A stretch of DNA of 61,579 bases from contig JAEOUG010000032.1 in NCBI GenBank assembly GCA_016839445.1, positions 1 through 61,579 of the forward strand, written 5' to 3'. The translations under genes were made by a program, and so were the position numbers. This document shows, one piece after another, positions 27,664-37,018 of this stretch. This stretch comes from Candidatus Thorarchaeota archaeon (lineage in GTDB: Archaea > Asgardarchaeota > Thorarchaeia > Thorarchaeales > Thorarchaeaceae). The notes below the pieces were generated by a model that saw only the letters and a program-made list of their open reading frames with translations, was not told where the DNA came from and did no database searches. How positions within the stretch are numbered: the first letter of the stretch is position 1; every line of letters begins with the position of its first letter.

Positions 27664-28986
27664 ATGCAGCAGCCCGTAGGCACCTTCATCATGCTTGTGT
27701 TCATTGGGACATACCTAGTCATCTCAAGCGAGAAAGTAAATCGGGCAGCCATGTCAATGACGGGAATGGGACTCGCGGGACTAGTCCTATGGATTGCACA
27801 CGGCGTTAACGACACACAAGGCGCCACATTCTCCCATCTTGTCGAGAGTATCGAGTGGGGAACCATTCTATTCATTGTGGCAATGATGGTCATTGTTTCA
27901 GTGGCGGGCAACTCCGGCATGTTCCAGTACATCGCGCTCACGTTGGCGCGGCCTACTGGCGGCAACACCCGAAGGCTGTTCACAGTCTTCATCGCATTCG
28001 TCTTTGTCATCTCCCTCGTCTTCGACACTACATCTACCATGCTTATCATGGGCCCTCTCACCATTGAGGTATGCAAGGCTCTTGAGGTGGACTTCAAACC
28101 CTTCCTCATCACGGAGGCCGTCACCGCCAATTTCGCGTCAATCCCCTCTATCGTGGGGGCTGTGCCAAACCTCGTCATCGCAGAGCAGACCATTGAGCTG
28201 GCTGGCCCGACCGGCTTCAATGCAGGACTACTGTTCATCACGCTCATGCCGCTCTCCTGCATTCTGCTCCTCGTCACACTGCCGATTACGCGTAGGCTCT
28301 TCTCAGAGCAAATGAAGGACAGCGAGGAGGACCTTGTCGATCAGGTCTTCGTACTTGCTCCGCACAAGATGATCAGGTCAAGAAACGACTTCTATCTATC
28401 ATTGGTGGCGGTACTGATTCTCGCACTCTCATTCACTTGGGGTCAGAGCTTTGGAGTGGAGCCAGCCTTGGTTGCCATAATTGTGGCCTTCCTGCTTCTT
28501 ATCATGACGAGAGAGAGAGTTGACAACATTCTAGCCCGGATCAATTGGAATACAATCTTCTTCCTGATCGGGATCTTCGGCCTAGTCGGTGCATTGGGAA
28601 TCGTTGGGTTCATTGATGACATTGGGGTGGCTGTGAACTCGATTGTGGCAGGCAACGTGGGAATAGCCGTGGGCTTTCTTGTGTGGGTTCCTGCATTGCT
28701 GTCAGCAGTCATAGACAACATCCCTGTTTCCGTGGTACTCGCCCCGATTGCAGCCAGCTTCGCCGCCTCCGCTCCTCTCGTCCCTGCCGTCCTCGTCTTT
28801 GCAGTGAATGTCGGCGGTTATGTACTGCCCATCGGTGCACCAGCAAACCTTGTAGCAATGGCACTAGCAGAGAACGAGCGTGATAGGATCAGCTTCGCCT
28901 CCTTTGCACGAGCCGCCACGCCGCTGGCGCTCCTGCACCTCGCCATCGGTACAGGCTGGCTGCTCCTCATGTCGTTGTTCTTCTGA
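27664..28986 (+). CDS. ArsB/NhaD family transporter, paralog 2
   Basis: Same motifs as 25462-26883 (EKVNRAAMS, LTIEVCKALEVDFKPF, SIPSIVGAVPN, DNIP). Confidence 0.85.
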   Translation: MQQPVGTFIMLVFIGTYLVISSEKVNRAAMSMTGMGLAGLVLWIAHGVNDTQGATFSHLVESIEWGTILFIVAMMVIVSVAGNSGMFQYIALTLARPTGGNTRRLFTVFIAFVFVISLVFDTTSTMLIMGPLTIEVCKALEVDFKPFLITEAVTANFASIPSIVGAVPNLVIAEQTIELAGPTGFNAGLLFITLMPLSCILLLVTLPITRRLFSEQMKDSEEDLVDQVFVLAPHKMIRSRNDFYLSLVAVLILALSFTWGQSFGVEPALVAIIVAFLLLIMTRERVDNILARINWNTIFFLIGIFGLVGALGIVGFIDDIGVAVNSIVAGNVGIAVGFLVWVPALLSAVIDNIPVSVVLAPIAASFAASAPLVPAVLVFAVNVGGYVLPIGAPANLVAMALAENERDRISFASFARAATPLALLHLAIGTGWLLLMSLFF

Positions 28987-29058
28987 CATCAGCTCCTTCG
29001 AAAGTGTTAAAGCAAGACACGAATTCGTGGCCGAAAGCAGACCAGATGCAGCCGGTGA

Positions 29059-30837
29059 TTGACAATGAAGATTGATGAACTACGGAAGCTGTATATCGAG
29101 TTCTTCCGCCAGAAGAAGCACGCAGTCATTCCGTCAGCGTCACTTATCCCTGAGAATGACCCGACAGTTCTCTTCACCACCGCCGGTATGCATCCTCTGG
29201 TTCCCTTCCTGCTAGGACAGCCACATCCACAGGGAAAGCGACTGGTGAATTGCCAGAAGTGCATAAGGACCACCGACATAGATGATGTAGGTGATGCGAC
29301 ACACCTTACCTTCTTTGAGATGCTTGGCAACTGGAGCTTGGGCGACTATTGGAAGAAGGAAGCGGTTCAGTGGAGCTACGAGTTCCTTACGTCTAAGAAA
29401 TGGCTAGGCTTCAATCCCGAGAAGCTCTCAATCACCGTGTTTGAGGGAGATGATGATGCGCCACGTGATGAGGAATCGGTGAAGCTCTGGCGAGAAGTAG
29501 GAATACCAGAAGAGCGGATATTCTACTTGCCGAAAGAGGACAACTGGTGGGGCCCGGCTGGCGCGACAGGCCCCTGTGGCCCATGCACTGAGATGTTCAT
29601 CGAGGTGGAAGATGTGCCAGCATGTGGCCCGAACTGCAGACCTGGTTGCGAGTGCGGACACTACTTCGAGGTCTGGAACGATGTCTTCATGATGTACTAC
29701 AAGCATGAGGACGGGTCCTACACTCCTCTTGATCAGAGGAATGTCGACACTGGGATGGGCGTTGAGAGAACGGCAGCCAGACTTCAGGGAGTACCCACAG
29801 TATACCACACTGAGGCATATGTGCCCCTGATTGAGAAGATCCGAGAGCTTGCCGGAAGAGAACTCACTGAAAGCGATGATGCATTCATCAAAATCATCGC
29901 AGACCATGTGAAGTCGGCAGTAATGATCATGGCCGATGACCGACGGATAGCACCATCGAACGTTGAACAGGGATATATTGTCCGCAGACTCCTGAGAAAG
30001 GCAATCCACAGCGCAGACCGTCTTGAGATTGGCTCAGGCTTCATGGAGACTCTAACAGAGACTGTAATTGAGATGTACAAGCACATCTACGACGAAGTCG
30101 AGAGAAACAGAGACTTCGTAATGGAGAATCTGACTCTTGAGGAGAAGAAGTTCAGACGGACTCTGAGGAAGGCACTCGGGAAGTTCGAGCGCATCTACAG
30201 CGAGAACAGCACTATCACTGGTATTGATGCATTCCTGCTCTTCACTAGTTTCGGATTGCCATTAGAGATGACAAAGGAGCTTGCTGAGGAGAAAGGGATC
30301 ACAATCAACATGGATGAGTTCAGAAGGCAGTTTGAGGAGCACCGAGAGATCTCACGCACCGCGACCGAGGGCAAATTCAAGGGAGGTCTCGCAGATCACA
30401 GTGAGGAAATCACCAAGCTTCACACAGCAACTCACCTCCTTCAGGCTGCGCTAAGGAAGGTGCTTGGAGAGAGCGTCCGGCAAAACGGCAGTAACATCAC
30501 CAAGGACAGACTTAGATTCGATTTCACGTTCCCCCGAAAGCTGACTGATGACGAGAAGAAGCAGGTAGAAGACCTCATCAATGACGTCATTGAGAGGGAC
30601 CTTGAGGTCCAGCATACCTCAATGCCATACGAGGAGGCCATTAAGAAGGGAGCTCTGGCTTTCTTCAAGGAGAACTACGGTGACGAAGTTTCTGTCTACT
30701 GGATCGACGACTTCAGCATCGAACTCTGCGGAGGACCTCACGTCGAGAGAACTGGCATCCTCAAAGAATTCAGGATAGGCAAACAGGAGAAGATCGGAGC
30801 CGGTCTTATCAGAATTAAGGGCATTCTCGTGAATTGA
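29059..30837 (+). CDS. alaS: Alanine--tRNA ligase, short form
   Basis: DPTVLFTTAGM, FFEMLGNWS, GPCGPCTE, DTGMGVER; editing motifs HTATH and ELCGGPH; ends without a C-Ala domain. Confidence 0.95.
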   Translation: MTMKIDELRKLYIEFFRQKKHAVIPSASLIPENDPTVLFTTAGMHPLVPFLLGQPHPQGKRLVNCQKCIRTTDIDDVGDATHLTFFEMLGNWSLGDYWKKEAVQWSYEFLTSKKWLGFNPEKLSITVFEGDDDAPRDEESVKLWREVGIPEERIFYLPKEDNWWGPAGATGPCGPCTEMFIEVEDVPACGPNCRPGCECGHYFEVWNDVFMMYYKHEDGSYTPLDQRNVDTGMGVERTAARLQGVPTVYHTEAYVPLIEKIRELAGRELTESDDAFIKIIADHVKSAVMIMADDRRIAPSNVEQGYIVRRLLRKAIHSADRLEIGSGFMETLTETVIEMYKHIYDEVERNRDFVMENLTLEEKKFRRTLRKALGKFERIYSENSTITGIDAFLLFTSFGLPLEMTKELAEEKGITINMDEFRRQFEEHREISRTATEGKFKGGLADHSEEITKLHTATHLLQAALRKVLGESVRQNGSNITKDRLRFDFTFPRKLTDDEKKQVEDLINDVIERDLEVQHTSMPYEEAIKKGALAFFKENYGDEVSVYWIDDFSIELCGGPHVERTGILKEFRIGKQEKIGAGLIRIKGILVN

Positions 30838-30935
30838 CGACTTCGCAAGGTCTATCAAGGGCACTGTCAATGTAGGTCTATATCGCCGACCCAGATGCGC
30901 GGTCGATGACTACGACAATCGTGAGGATTTGCACA

Positions 30936-31598
30936 ATGGGAACGTTCTCAAAGATATTCGGCTTGGGAGACAAGAGCCTACAGGAGCAATCTGACGAGCT
31001 CCTGCTGAAGCTCGGCAAACTACTGCAATCAGCCAGCGCCAAGCTGAGGGTTGCCATCAAGGATTGGGCGAAGGGGGAGGATGACAACCTGAAAGAGCTG
31101 AGCTCCGAGATTATTGAAATTGAGAGAGAAGCAGACAGAGTGAAGGACGAGCTCTTCGAGAAAATATTCTCCAAGAAGGCCTATTTGCCGCAGCAGACTC
31201 AGGATAGACACCAGCTTGTCGTCAGGATGGATAGCATCATCGATGCCACCGAGGACGCGGTGAGGCTGATTGTGATTGCCCGAAAGATTCGGCCTCCTGG
31301 GAAGATGACCGACCTCGCAAAGTGCACCTGGATCTGCACAGACCTCCTCCAAGATGCCATCAAGTATCTGTTCGATAACTTCGAGCGAGCTGTCGACATC
31401 TCATTCAAGATTGACAAGGTCCGTGAAGAAGCTCGCGACTACCAGTTCGATCTAGTCGAGGAACTGCTCTACAATGATGACTACAATGCTGAGGAGAACC
31501 ATCTCCTTCACTACATTAGCCGCATGATTCTACAGGTCGCACTGCGTGCAGAGGACACTGGTGACTTCATCAGGACTCTGGCAATCAAGTACTCCTAG
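30936..31598 (+). CDS. DUF47/PhoU-like phosphate transport regulator
   Basis: Helical, with IEREADRVK and AEDTGD; directly upstream of a PiT gene. Confidence 0.8.
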   Translation: MGTFSKIFGLGDKSLQEQSDELLLKLGKLLQSASAKLRVAIKDWAKGEDDNLKELSSEIIEIEREADRVKDELFEKIFSKKAYLPQQTQDRHQLVVRMDSIIDATEDAVRLIVIARKIRPPGKMTDLAKCTWICTDLLQDAIKYLFDNFERAVDISFKIDKVREEARDYQFDLVEELLYNDDYNAEENHLLHYISRMILQVALRAEDTGDFIRTLAIKYS

Positions 31599-31616
31599 CC
31601 GCGGGTGAAACACATA

Positions 31617-32651
31617 ATGGCAGCGGACCTCCTCATACTAGGCAGCCTCCTCGTCATCGGGTTTGTTGTGGCCTTTTCAATCGGCGGCAACGACGAGGCC
31701 ATGGCGCCAGCGGTAGGGGCAGGAGTATTCACAATCAGAGCAGCCGTTCTAATAGGAGGCGCCATCACAATCTTCGGAGCCGTGTTTCTTGGCAGCAATG
31801 TCTCGGAGAAGGTTGGGTCTGAGCTAGTAGGAGGCGCCGCATTGACAACAGGTATGATCTTCGCCATTCTCATCTCCATGGCCATATGGCTGCTCGTTGC
31901 GTCCGTCACCAAAGGCCTACCAATAAGCACGACCCAGTGCATTGTTGGTTCTGTAATTGGGGTGGCGATTTCAGCTCCCTTCTTCGGCTACTCGGAATGG
32001 GGGTTCAACCAAGTTGACTGGTACGTGGTCTTCGAGATATTTGCGGGGTGGATACTCTCCCCAATCATCGGATTCCTAATCAGCGCAGGGATGTTCGCGG
32101 CAGTAAGAAGAGTGCAAGAACGCGCGAGAGGCCTGGCAGACCTTGAACGCCAGGAGCGTCTCGCGTCATATGGCCTCGCAATCTTCCTCATCCTGACCTC
32201 AATGAGTAGAGGCGGAAACGATGTCGCGAATGCAGTCTCGCCTCTCGTCAATCAGGAAGCATTCTCAGGGACCATAATGTTTGGACCATTGGCGATTCCA
32301 GCCTTGGTCATACCCCTGCTCGTGGGTGGTGTTGGGATGGCACTAGGACTCATTGTTGTCGGTAGGAAGGTGATAAGGACTCTGGCAACAGAGGTTGTCA
32401 CACTCTCGCCATCCTCCGCGCTCTCAGCGAGTGTGTCAGTATTCTTGGTGATGTTCTTTGGAACCCTACTAGGATTGCCATTGAGCGGCACACACGTACT
32501 TGTTGCTGGGCTGATAGCAGTGGGCTGGGTGGCCAATGCCCCAGTTCAGATGAAACAGGTAAGAGAGATCATCATCTCCTGGATTATCACCATCCCGATA
32601 GCAGGCGCACTCGGCGTAGGTGTCTTCGCACTCATCCACGGGTTCTTCTAG
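31617..32651 (+). CDS. pit: PiT family inorganic phosphate transporter
   Basis: Two signature motifs GGNDEA and GGNDVANA; PISTTQ and PLSGTH. Confidence 0.9.
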   Translation: MAADLLILGSLLVIGFVVAFSIGGNDEAMAPAVGAGVFTIRAAVLIGGAITIFGAVFLGSNVSEKVGSELVGGAALTTGMIFAILISMAIWLLVASVTKGLPISTTQCIVGSVIGVAISAPFFGYSEWGFNQVDWYVVFEIFAGWILSPIIGFLISAGMFAAVRRVQERARGLADLERQERLASYGLAIFLILTSMSRGGNDVANAVSPLVNQEAFSGTIMFGPLAIPALVIPLLVGGVGMALGLIVVGRKVIRTLATEVVTLSPSSALSASVSVFLVMFFGTLLGLPLSGTHVLVAGLIAVGWVANAPVQMKQVREIIISWIITIPIAGALGVGVFALIHGFF

Positions 32652-32688
32652 CGGGCCCATTCATGTAGGATCTCATGAGCGCGTTGGA

Positions 32689-32720
32689 GGAAGGAGGGCA
32701 GACCTAGTGCCCTCTCTTCC
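32689..32720. terminator. Hairpin between convergent genes
   Basis: GGAAG-GAGGGCA-GACCTAG-TGCCCTC-TCTTCC. Confidence 0.45.
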
Positions 32721-32728
32721 TGCAGGCC

Positions 32729-34006
32729 CTAGTCATAGCCAAGAGCTGGGACTCTAGATAGGAAGTTCATGAAGTATCCTATCAGAACTGATACTACCAA
32801 GCCGGCAGTCGTAGTCAGTGCTACAGTGACAATGTCAGGTGTCGCTCCACCAATGAGCTGCATCCATGACCAGTATGTTCCAGCCAGGGACATCCCTGAG
32901 AAGGCCACCTTCTTGAGGGGGACCTTCACGCTCTTTGTCTGGAGTGCTCCCATATCAACCAGAGCTGCGGCTAGTGCCCCCGCCTTGTCCGGCTTCAGAC
33001 GGAGCTTCTTGCCCAGTTGGCCAACGGTTACCTTTGCCTTTGGTCGAATGACTTTCAGCGCCTTGGGGGCATAGTCTGCTATATCCTCAGAGAAGTAGCT
33101 CATGGCAGCAGCCGAATCAATCCCACACTTGTGGCATGTCGGAGCTTCCTTCTTCCACTTCTTTCCGCACTTCGGGCATTTCGTCCCATCCCAACCGTGT
33201 TTGGCGGCTTCACTGACGCGTCTGATCAGCTCGTCACGATCTACCGTTTCAGCACCTTTCTTGGGCTTGCGCCGCAATACGGCAGCAGTCGGGAGTATGC
33301 CGACATCGGAGCCACGTGTTGCTCCTCTCATCTTCCTTGCCGCGAAGATGCCACGCTGGAACTCATCCAGAGCGAGTATTAGGGAGAAGATAGACATAGC
33401 CGTAAACCCAGCCGTCACGAGACCAGTGACTGATACAATAGCCGCAAGCCCCTCGCCCCCTACCCTAAGCACGAAGTTCTCTGAAACGGTCTTGTTCAGG
33501 GTGGGATGCGTAGTGTTGGCGTACAGGAAGCTGAACCGACCTGTGATTGTGCCCGATATGTATGGAAGACCGTTGAACGAAAGCGCACTGCCAATCGGCA
33601 ATGATGTGTTAAGAATAGTCGATGTTGTGGAGTCGGGTATTACACCAAGTCCACTCATATCAAAGACCTGGAGCGGCACAATAGCGATGCCGAGATAAGA
33701 CATCGAAAAGCTGCCTTCGTATATCGTGAGGTCCGTGCCTGTTTCAATCGTCAACTCCAATGTCAATGGAGCGCTGAGATTGAACGGTACTGGATGAGAT
33801 GCATTTACTCCATGGGCGTTGATCCCATTGACCTCAAGTAGGAAGCCGAGATTGTCATCTCCGCTCCAACCAGGAGGTGGGGCTGCATCGGTTGGAACCA
33901 GCAGTGCCGACCAGAGGATGCATGTCAACGTGAACACAAAGACGAGATGTGGTAGCGTCCTTCGCAACTCGTAGTCCTCCTTAGAACTCGCGTTTCGCAA
34001 CTCCAT
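32729..34006 (-). CDS. Membrane protein: exported beta-rich domain, TM, Zn ribbon + winged-helix-like loop, C-terminal TM pair
   Basis: Signal peptide; CPKC..CHKC; VTVGQLGKKLRLKPDKAGALAAALVDMGAL. Confidence 0.7.
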   Translation of the reverse strand: MELRNASSKEDYELRRTLPHLVFVFTLTCILWSALLVPTDAAPPPGWSGDDNLGFLLEVNGINAHGVNASHPVPFNLSAPLTLELTIETGTDLTIYEGSFSMSYLGIAIVPLQVFDMSGLGVIPDSTTSTILNTSLPIGSALSFNGLPYISGTITGRFSFLYANTTHPTLNKTVSENFVLRVGGEGLAAIVSVTGLVTAGFTAMSIFSLILALDEFQRGIFAARKMRGATRGSDVGILPTAAVLRRKPKKGAETVDRDELIRRVSEAAKHGWDGTKCPKCGKKWKKEAPTCHKCGIDSAAAMSYFSEDIADYAPKALKVIRPKAKVTVGQLGKKLRLKPDKAGALAAALVDMGALQTKSVKVPLKKVAFSGMSLAGTYWSWMQLIGGATPDIVTVALTTTAGLVVSVLIGYFMNFLSRVPALGYD

Positions 34007-34050
34007 GGAGAGAGTGCCTTTAACTGTTGTTGGGCCACCTTGTGTATCTG

Positions 34051-34437
34051 CTAACCGCCACCGCCAAGAGCCTCCTCAAGCTGACGGTCGAACTCCTCAT
34101 CTTCAGCTTCGGGATCGAACACAATATGACGCTTCTTCTTTGGCTCCTTGGTTGGAGCCCAATTCGAGAAGGCACCCATGATATATCCACCCAAGAAGGA
34201 TGATATGACGAAGATTATCTCGACGGTCGATATCTCCATGTACACGCCCAGTATGAGTGAGATGATGATGCCCCCCATGAAGCTGGAAATGACACCAAGA
34301 CAGGCCCGGTCTACAGGACGAAAAGTCCTCGCGCCTCCGAAGACATAGCCAAGCAGCATACCGAGTAGAATCCCCGGTAGGCCAATGAGGGCAAGGTCCA
34401 GACTCGGCGCGGCCTGCAAACTTCTTCCTCCTCGCAA
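34051..34437 (-). CDS. Small 3-TM membrane protein with acidic tail
   Basis: Gly-rich hydrophobic segments; tail FDPEAEDEEFDRQLEEAL. Start uncertain. Confidence 0.65.
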   Translation of the reverse strand: MRGGRSLQAAPSLDLALIGLPGILLGMLLGYVFGGARTFRPVDRACLGVISSFMGGIIISLILGVYMEISTVEIIFVISSFLGGYIMGAFSNWAPTKEPKKKRHIVFDPEAEDEEFDRQLEEALGGGG

Positions 34438-34497
34438 ATACTAACGAGGACTCTTGCGGATTAACTCTTTCGAATAGCGAGACCGACCAGATGTTAG

Positions 34498-35058
34498 TCA
34501 CCATTTGTCCCAATGGACTACTTCATCAAATGGCCTGCGGGTTCTTGGCTTCTGCTCCTTTTCTCTGGTACGCTCGTCGAGATTCTCTATCTCTCCTTCA
34601 TATCCAAAGAAGACTACAGTGACAATACGATACTCGTCAGGAATACCAAAGTCCTGTTTCAACTTCTCCTCGTCCCATCCAGCGGTAGGATGACCAAGCA
34701 ACCCGAGGTGGACTGCCTGCAAGAGCATGTTTTCCACGGCCAATCCGACATCCATTGTGAAGTACGGGAGCCCATGGGACCCACAACCACCATCTTCCTT
34801 GGCGGCCACGAGAACCATGATGGGAGCAGTCTTTCCCCAAGCATTTCCCTTTGAGAGTGCATCGTGGGCTTTCCTAAGGGCGTCGGTGTCCTTGAGAACA
34901 ACGAAGTTCCAGGCCTGTGTGTTAGCACATGACGGCGCCCAGCGACCAGCCTCAAGAATAGATTCAAGCATCTTGTCCGGAATGGGTCTGCTATCGAATG
35001 CCCGCCCACTCCTTCTCTTCAGTATCTCATCAAGGATCAATTCTTCAGTCCCCCACAT
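34498..35058 (-). CDS. Nitroreductase family protein
   Basis: RRSGRAF, WAPSCANTQAW, DVGLAVENMLLQA..LGL. Start is ATG 35058 or TTG 35040. Confidence 0.92.
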   Translation of the reverse strand: MWGTEELILDEILKRRSGRAFDSRPIPDKMLESILEAGRWAPSCANTQAWNFVVLKDTDALRKAHDALSKGNAWGKTAPIMVLVAAKEDGGCGSHGLPYFTMDVGLAVENMLLQAVHLGLLGHPTAGWDEEKLKQDFGIPDEYRIVTVVFFGYEGEIENLDERTREKEQKPRTRRPFDEVVHWDKW

Positions 35059-35071
35059 GGACTGCTGGAGA

Positions 35072-35236
35072 TCACTTAATCTCCATCGCTGTGCCACAGT
35101 GCTCCGGGACATCCTGATGTCCACAAGCGGCACCCATCCAGCATACCAGCTGGTCACCTTCAATATGCATCTCTCTTCCACAGTGTACGGGAACAGACAC
35201 TTCTGCCCCACACTTCGGACATACTAGCTTACTCAT
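35072..35236 (-). CDS. 54-aa Cys/His-rich metal-binding protein (missed by ORF track)
   Basis: MSKLVCPKCGAEVSVPVHCGREMHIEGDQLVCWMGAACGHQDVPEHCGTAMEIK. Internal duplication; TTATTAA box upstream. Confidence 0.8.
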   Translation of the reverse strand: MSKLVCPKCGAEVSVPVHCGREMHIEGDQLVCWMGAACGHQDVPEHCGTAMEIK

Positions 35237-35310
35237 AGTCGTTCATCTCAGATGTATTCACAATAGTTAATAACATGCTACTGATTTAAGTTCTTCGAAA
35301 GGAATCATCC

Positions 35311-36567
35311 TCAGACACGATACTTCTCTGGATCCTCGGAGAAGACCTTCTCCTCAGTCTTGTGTGCGCCGGGAGTGTCGAGTTCGATATCACGCTTGGC
35401 AGTCTTATCCTCTGAGAGTATCTCGTTGAATACCTCATTCTGTATGATGAGACGTTGGACCTCGTTGCTCCCTGTCCATATGGTGGCTAGTCTGGCATCC
35501 CGATATAGACGTTCTATGGGATACACGTCTGTGTAGCCAATGCCTCCTAGAATCTGCATTGCCTCATGGACAGCTGTGAATCCAGCTTCTGTAGCGAACA
35601 CTTTGGCCATCGATACTTCCTTGCGGCACCACTCTCCCGTGTCAGCCTTCTTCGCAGCACGATAGACGAGGCCTCGCGCAGCGTCTAACTGAGTGGCACA
35701 GTCAGCGATCTTGAAGCTCACAGCCTCGAACCTCTTTATAGCTCGCCCAAAGGCCTCTCTTCGATCGGCATATCGGGCAGCAATCTCGATGGCCGCCCGT
35801 CCCATACCTATTGGCCCAGCTGCAGATGTCAGGCGTTCAGGCACCATCATGGCGTTGAATACTGCATTTCCATCATGCAATTCTCCGACCAGGTTCGTTT
35901 CAGGAGTTTCCAGATTCTCCATTATGATTCGAGCCGCCCCCATCCCTCTGCAACCCATTAGTTCGTATTCTTCCTTGACTTGAACACCCATGTCGCGATC
36001 TACAAGAAAGGCACTCAGTGACTTGTGGGGAGGCGCATTGAAGTCAGTCTTGGCGTACACAAGGAAGTAGTCTGCACCGACACCACCGGCGACGAAACGC
36101 TTCTCTCCGTTGAGAACAAACACATCACCCTCTTTCTTTGCGGTTGTGTTCGTGCCGAAGAAATCAGACCCTCCACGAGGCTCAGTGAGTCCCTCGCCGC
36201 AGATCTTCTTGCCCTCAAGCGTAGGTTGCAGGTACTGCTTCTTCTGTTCAGGTGTGCCAAACTGGTGGAGTGACTCTCCTATGATACTGGGAAGAGAGAA
36301 CGCACAGCCAAGAGCGATTCCAAGAACTCCAATCTCCTCAAGAGCAACCATCTCTGAAACCCAACCAAGACCTCTGCCTCCATACTCCTTGGGAAACCGC
36401 AGCCCGAGGAGATTGGCTTTGGCTGCATCCTTGATGAACTCGTACGGATACTCCTTCTCTCGGCCATCCATGGCGATGACTGTCTCTGGACTGACCCGGT
36501 CTCTGACGAACAAACGGACCTCATTCTGGAGCTTCTTCTCATCTTCACTGAGCAGTATGTCAAACAT
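35311..36567 (-). CDS. Acyl-CoA dehydrogenase
   Basis: LTEPRGGSD, LNGEKRF, REAFGR, QILGGIGY, ERLYRDA..IWTGSNE. Confidence 0.93.
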   Translation of the reverse strand: MFDILLSEDEKKLQNEVRLFVRDRVSPETVIAMDGREKEYPYEFIKDAAKANLLGLRFPKEYGGRGLGWVSEMVALEEIGVLGIALGCAFSLPSIIGESLHQFGTPEQKKQYLQPTLEGKKICGEGLTEPRGGSDFFGTNTTAKKEGDVFVLNGEKRFVAGGVGADYFLVYAKTDFNAPPHKSLSAFLVDRDMGVQVKEEYELMGCRGMGAARIIMENLETPETNLVGELHDGNAVFNAMMVPERLTSAAGPIGMGRAAIEIAARYADRREAFGRAIKRFEAVSFKIADCATQLDAARGLVYRAAKKADTGEWCRKEVSMAKVFATEAGFTAVHEAMQILGGIGYTDVYPIERLYRDARLATIWTGSNEVQRLIIQNEVFNEILSEDKTAKRDIELDTPGAHKTEEKVFSEDPEKYRV

Positions 36568-36590
36568 GATTCCAACCTCGCGTGAACAAG

Positions 36591-36938
36591 CTAGTGAGAA
36601 CCCTGCAATAAAGAGTTGAGGGTTTCATCTGAACCCTCGCCTTGGAGGATGTCAATGGCATCTGTCGGACATACGGTCTCACAGACGAGGCAGAGGATGC
36701 AGTCATTCTCACGGACTGGGTCTGCCACCAGTGTACCATTGGACGACTTCCACTCCCCAAACACATCAACTGGACACACCCTCACGCATCTCATGCAACC
36801 ATTGCAGGCGTCAAGTGAGATTCCAACGAGAGTGCCGTGAATCTCAGTGCTCGTCTTTGGGGAGGCCATCCAGACGTTGTGGCCTGCATGTGTTCCTGCG
36901 ACTACCCACTTCTCCCGGTAGTTTCTATCGATGGGCAT
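36591..36938 (-). CDS. zfx: Zinc-containing dicluster ferredoxin
   Basis: N-terminal extension IDRNY..THAGH..IHGT.VG and ADP, matching Sulfolobus/Thermoplasma Zn-ferredoxins; CNGCMRCVRVCP and CILCLVCETVCP. Confidence 0.8.
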   Translation of the reverse strand: MPIDRNYREKWVVAGTHAGHNVWMASPKTSTEIHGTLVGISLDACNGCMRCVRVCPVDVFGEWKSSNGTLVADPVRENDCILCLVCETVCPTDAIDILQGEGSDETLNSLLQGSH

Positions 36939-37018
36939 CTCAGACCATCCTCCCAGTCCAGTTTGGGTTTTCGCACGTCCTATTGGTGTTTTCGGAGAGG
37001 AGGTGACACCTCCGCAGC

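Noticed and set aside
27591-33698. Long antisense ORFs (e.g. 27591-28277, 29428-30009, 33102-33698)
   Set aside because: They are shadows of well-supported genes on the opposite strand and have no motifs.
35059-35211. N-terminal extension of the nitroreductase in the ORF track
   Set aside because: Better explained by the 54-aa Cys/His ORF in another frame.
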